Shown here piece by piece: positions 63,596 to 64,000 of a stretch of 64,000 bases of DNA. The DNA lies in assembly GCA_977020255.1 (NCBI GenBank), contig CDROCS010002126.1, positions 372,001-436,000 on the forward strand, read 5' to 3'. The notes under the pieces are model-generated. The model was given only the letters and a program-made list of their open reading frames with translations, did no database searches and was not told the origin of the DNA. The first letter of the stretch is position 1; each line of letters begins with the position of its first letter. Made by a program: the position numbers and the translations under genes. This DNA is from Obrimoposthia wandeli (lineage: Eukaryota).

Positions 63596-63801
63596 GAATC
63601 GCCAGTACGGTTGTGGCCAGTCTAATGGTTTACCACGTCAAAGACCACGGCTGGCTGATCGCTCTGTGCTCAGCTGGGGCCATACAGTTCCTTGCAGCAG
63701 CCATGTACCTCTGGTTTGGTACTTCTCAACCGCAATCCTGGGCCGCTCCAGCCAGCAGACGGCAATCAGCCAACTCCCACGACGAGCAAGGCCCGCTCTA
63801 A
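63596..63801 (+). CDS. SLC17-family transporter, exon 7 (terminal)
   Basis: ctcactcag|GIASTVVASLM..HGWLIAL..YLWFGTSQPQSWA..GPL*. The seven exons total 1494 nt = 497 aa plus stop with all phases consistent. Confidence 0.92.
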
Positions 63802-64000
63802 ACTAATCAGATAAACTAACCAATGAAAGTAGCCCGCTTATCTGATGGATTAACCAATAGGTTTAACCTGTCAAATTGTCCAATGAGAATAACATACCAA
63901 TCAGATCTATTGAGCAACTATTAAGCGTCCGAAAAGTATTTTTTCATAAAAGTTTACTGTTATAACATTTAAATTTCAAGGCATTAAAGTAAAATTCTCA

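Overview
AT-rich eukaryotic (probably invertebrate animal) genomic DNA. The window is dominated by Polinton/Maverick virus-like transposons and contains one host gene. (1) 751-~9700: decayed Polinton remnant on the minus strand with integrase, minor capsid, small core protein, major capsid, adenain protease and protein-primed PolB. Its PolB appears to be split by a 133-bp GT-AG spliceosomal intron. (2) 11399-26752: a 15.35-kb element with the Polinton signature (5'-AGTAGGT...ACCTACT-3', 6-bp TSD TTAACT) and ~1.9/2.1-kb near-identical TIRs ending in long hairpins. It has no recognisable genes; the interior is an ~11-kb mosaic AT-rich satellite. (3) 30156: a solo, diverged terminus of the same TIR family. 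(4) 49536-54288: a 4.75-kb deleted Polinton with TSD GTCCAT inside an intron of the host gene. The host gene is a 7-exon SLC17/sialin-family MFS transporter (35709-63801, + strand, 497 aa after splicing by hand). Its introns also hold degenerate antisense 28S rRNA fragments, Tc1/mariner (incl. DD37D maT) elements, L2 LINE fragments and a MITE. All family assignments come from recalled motifs and manual translation; no database search was run.
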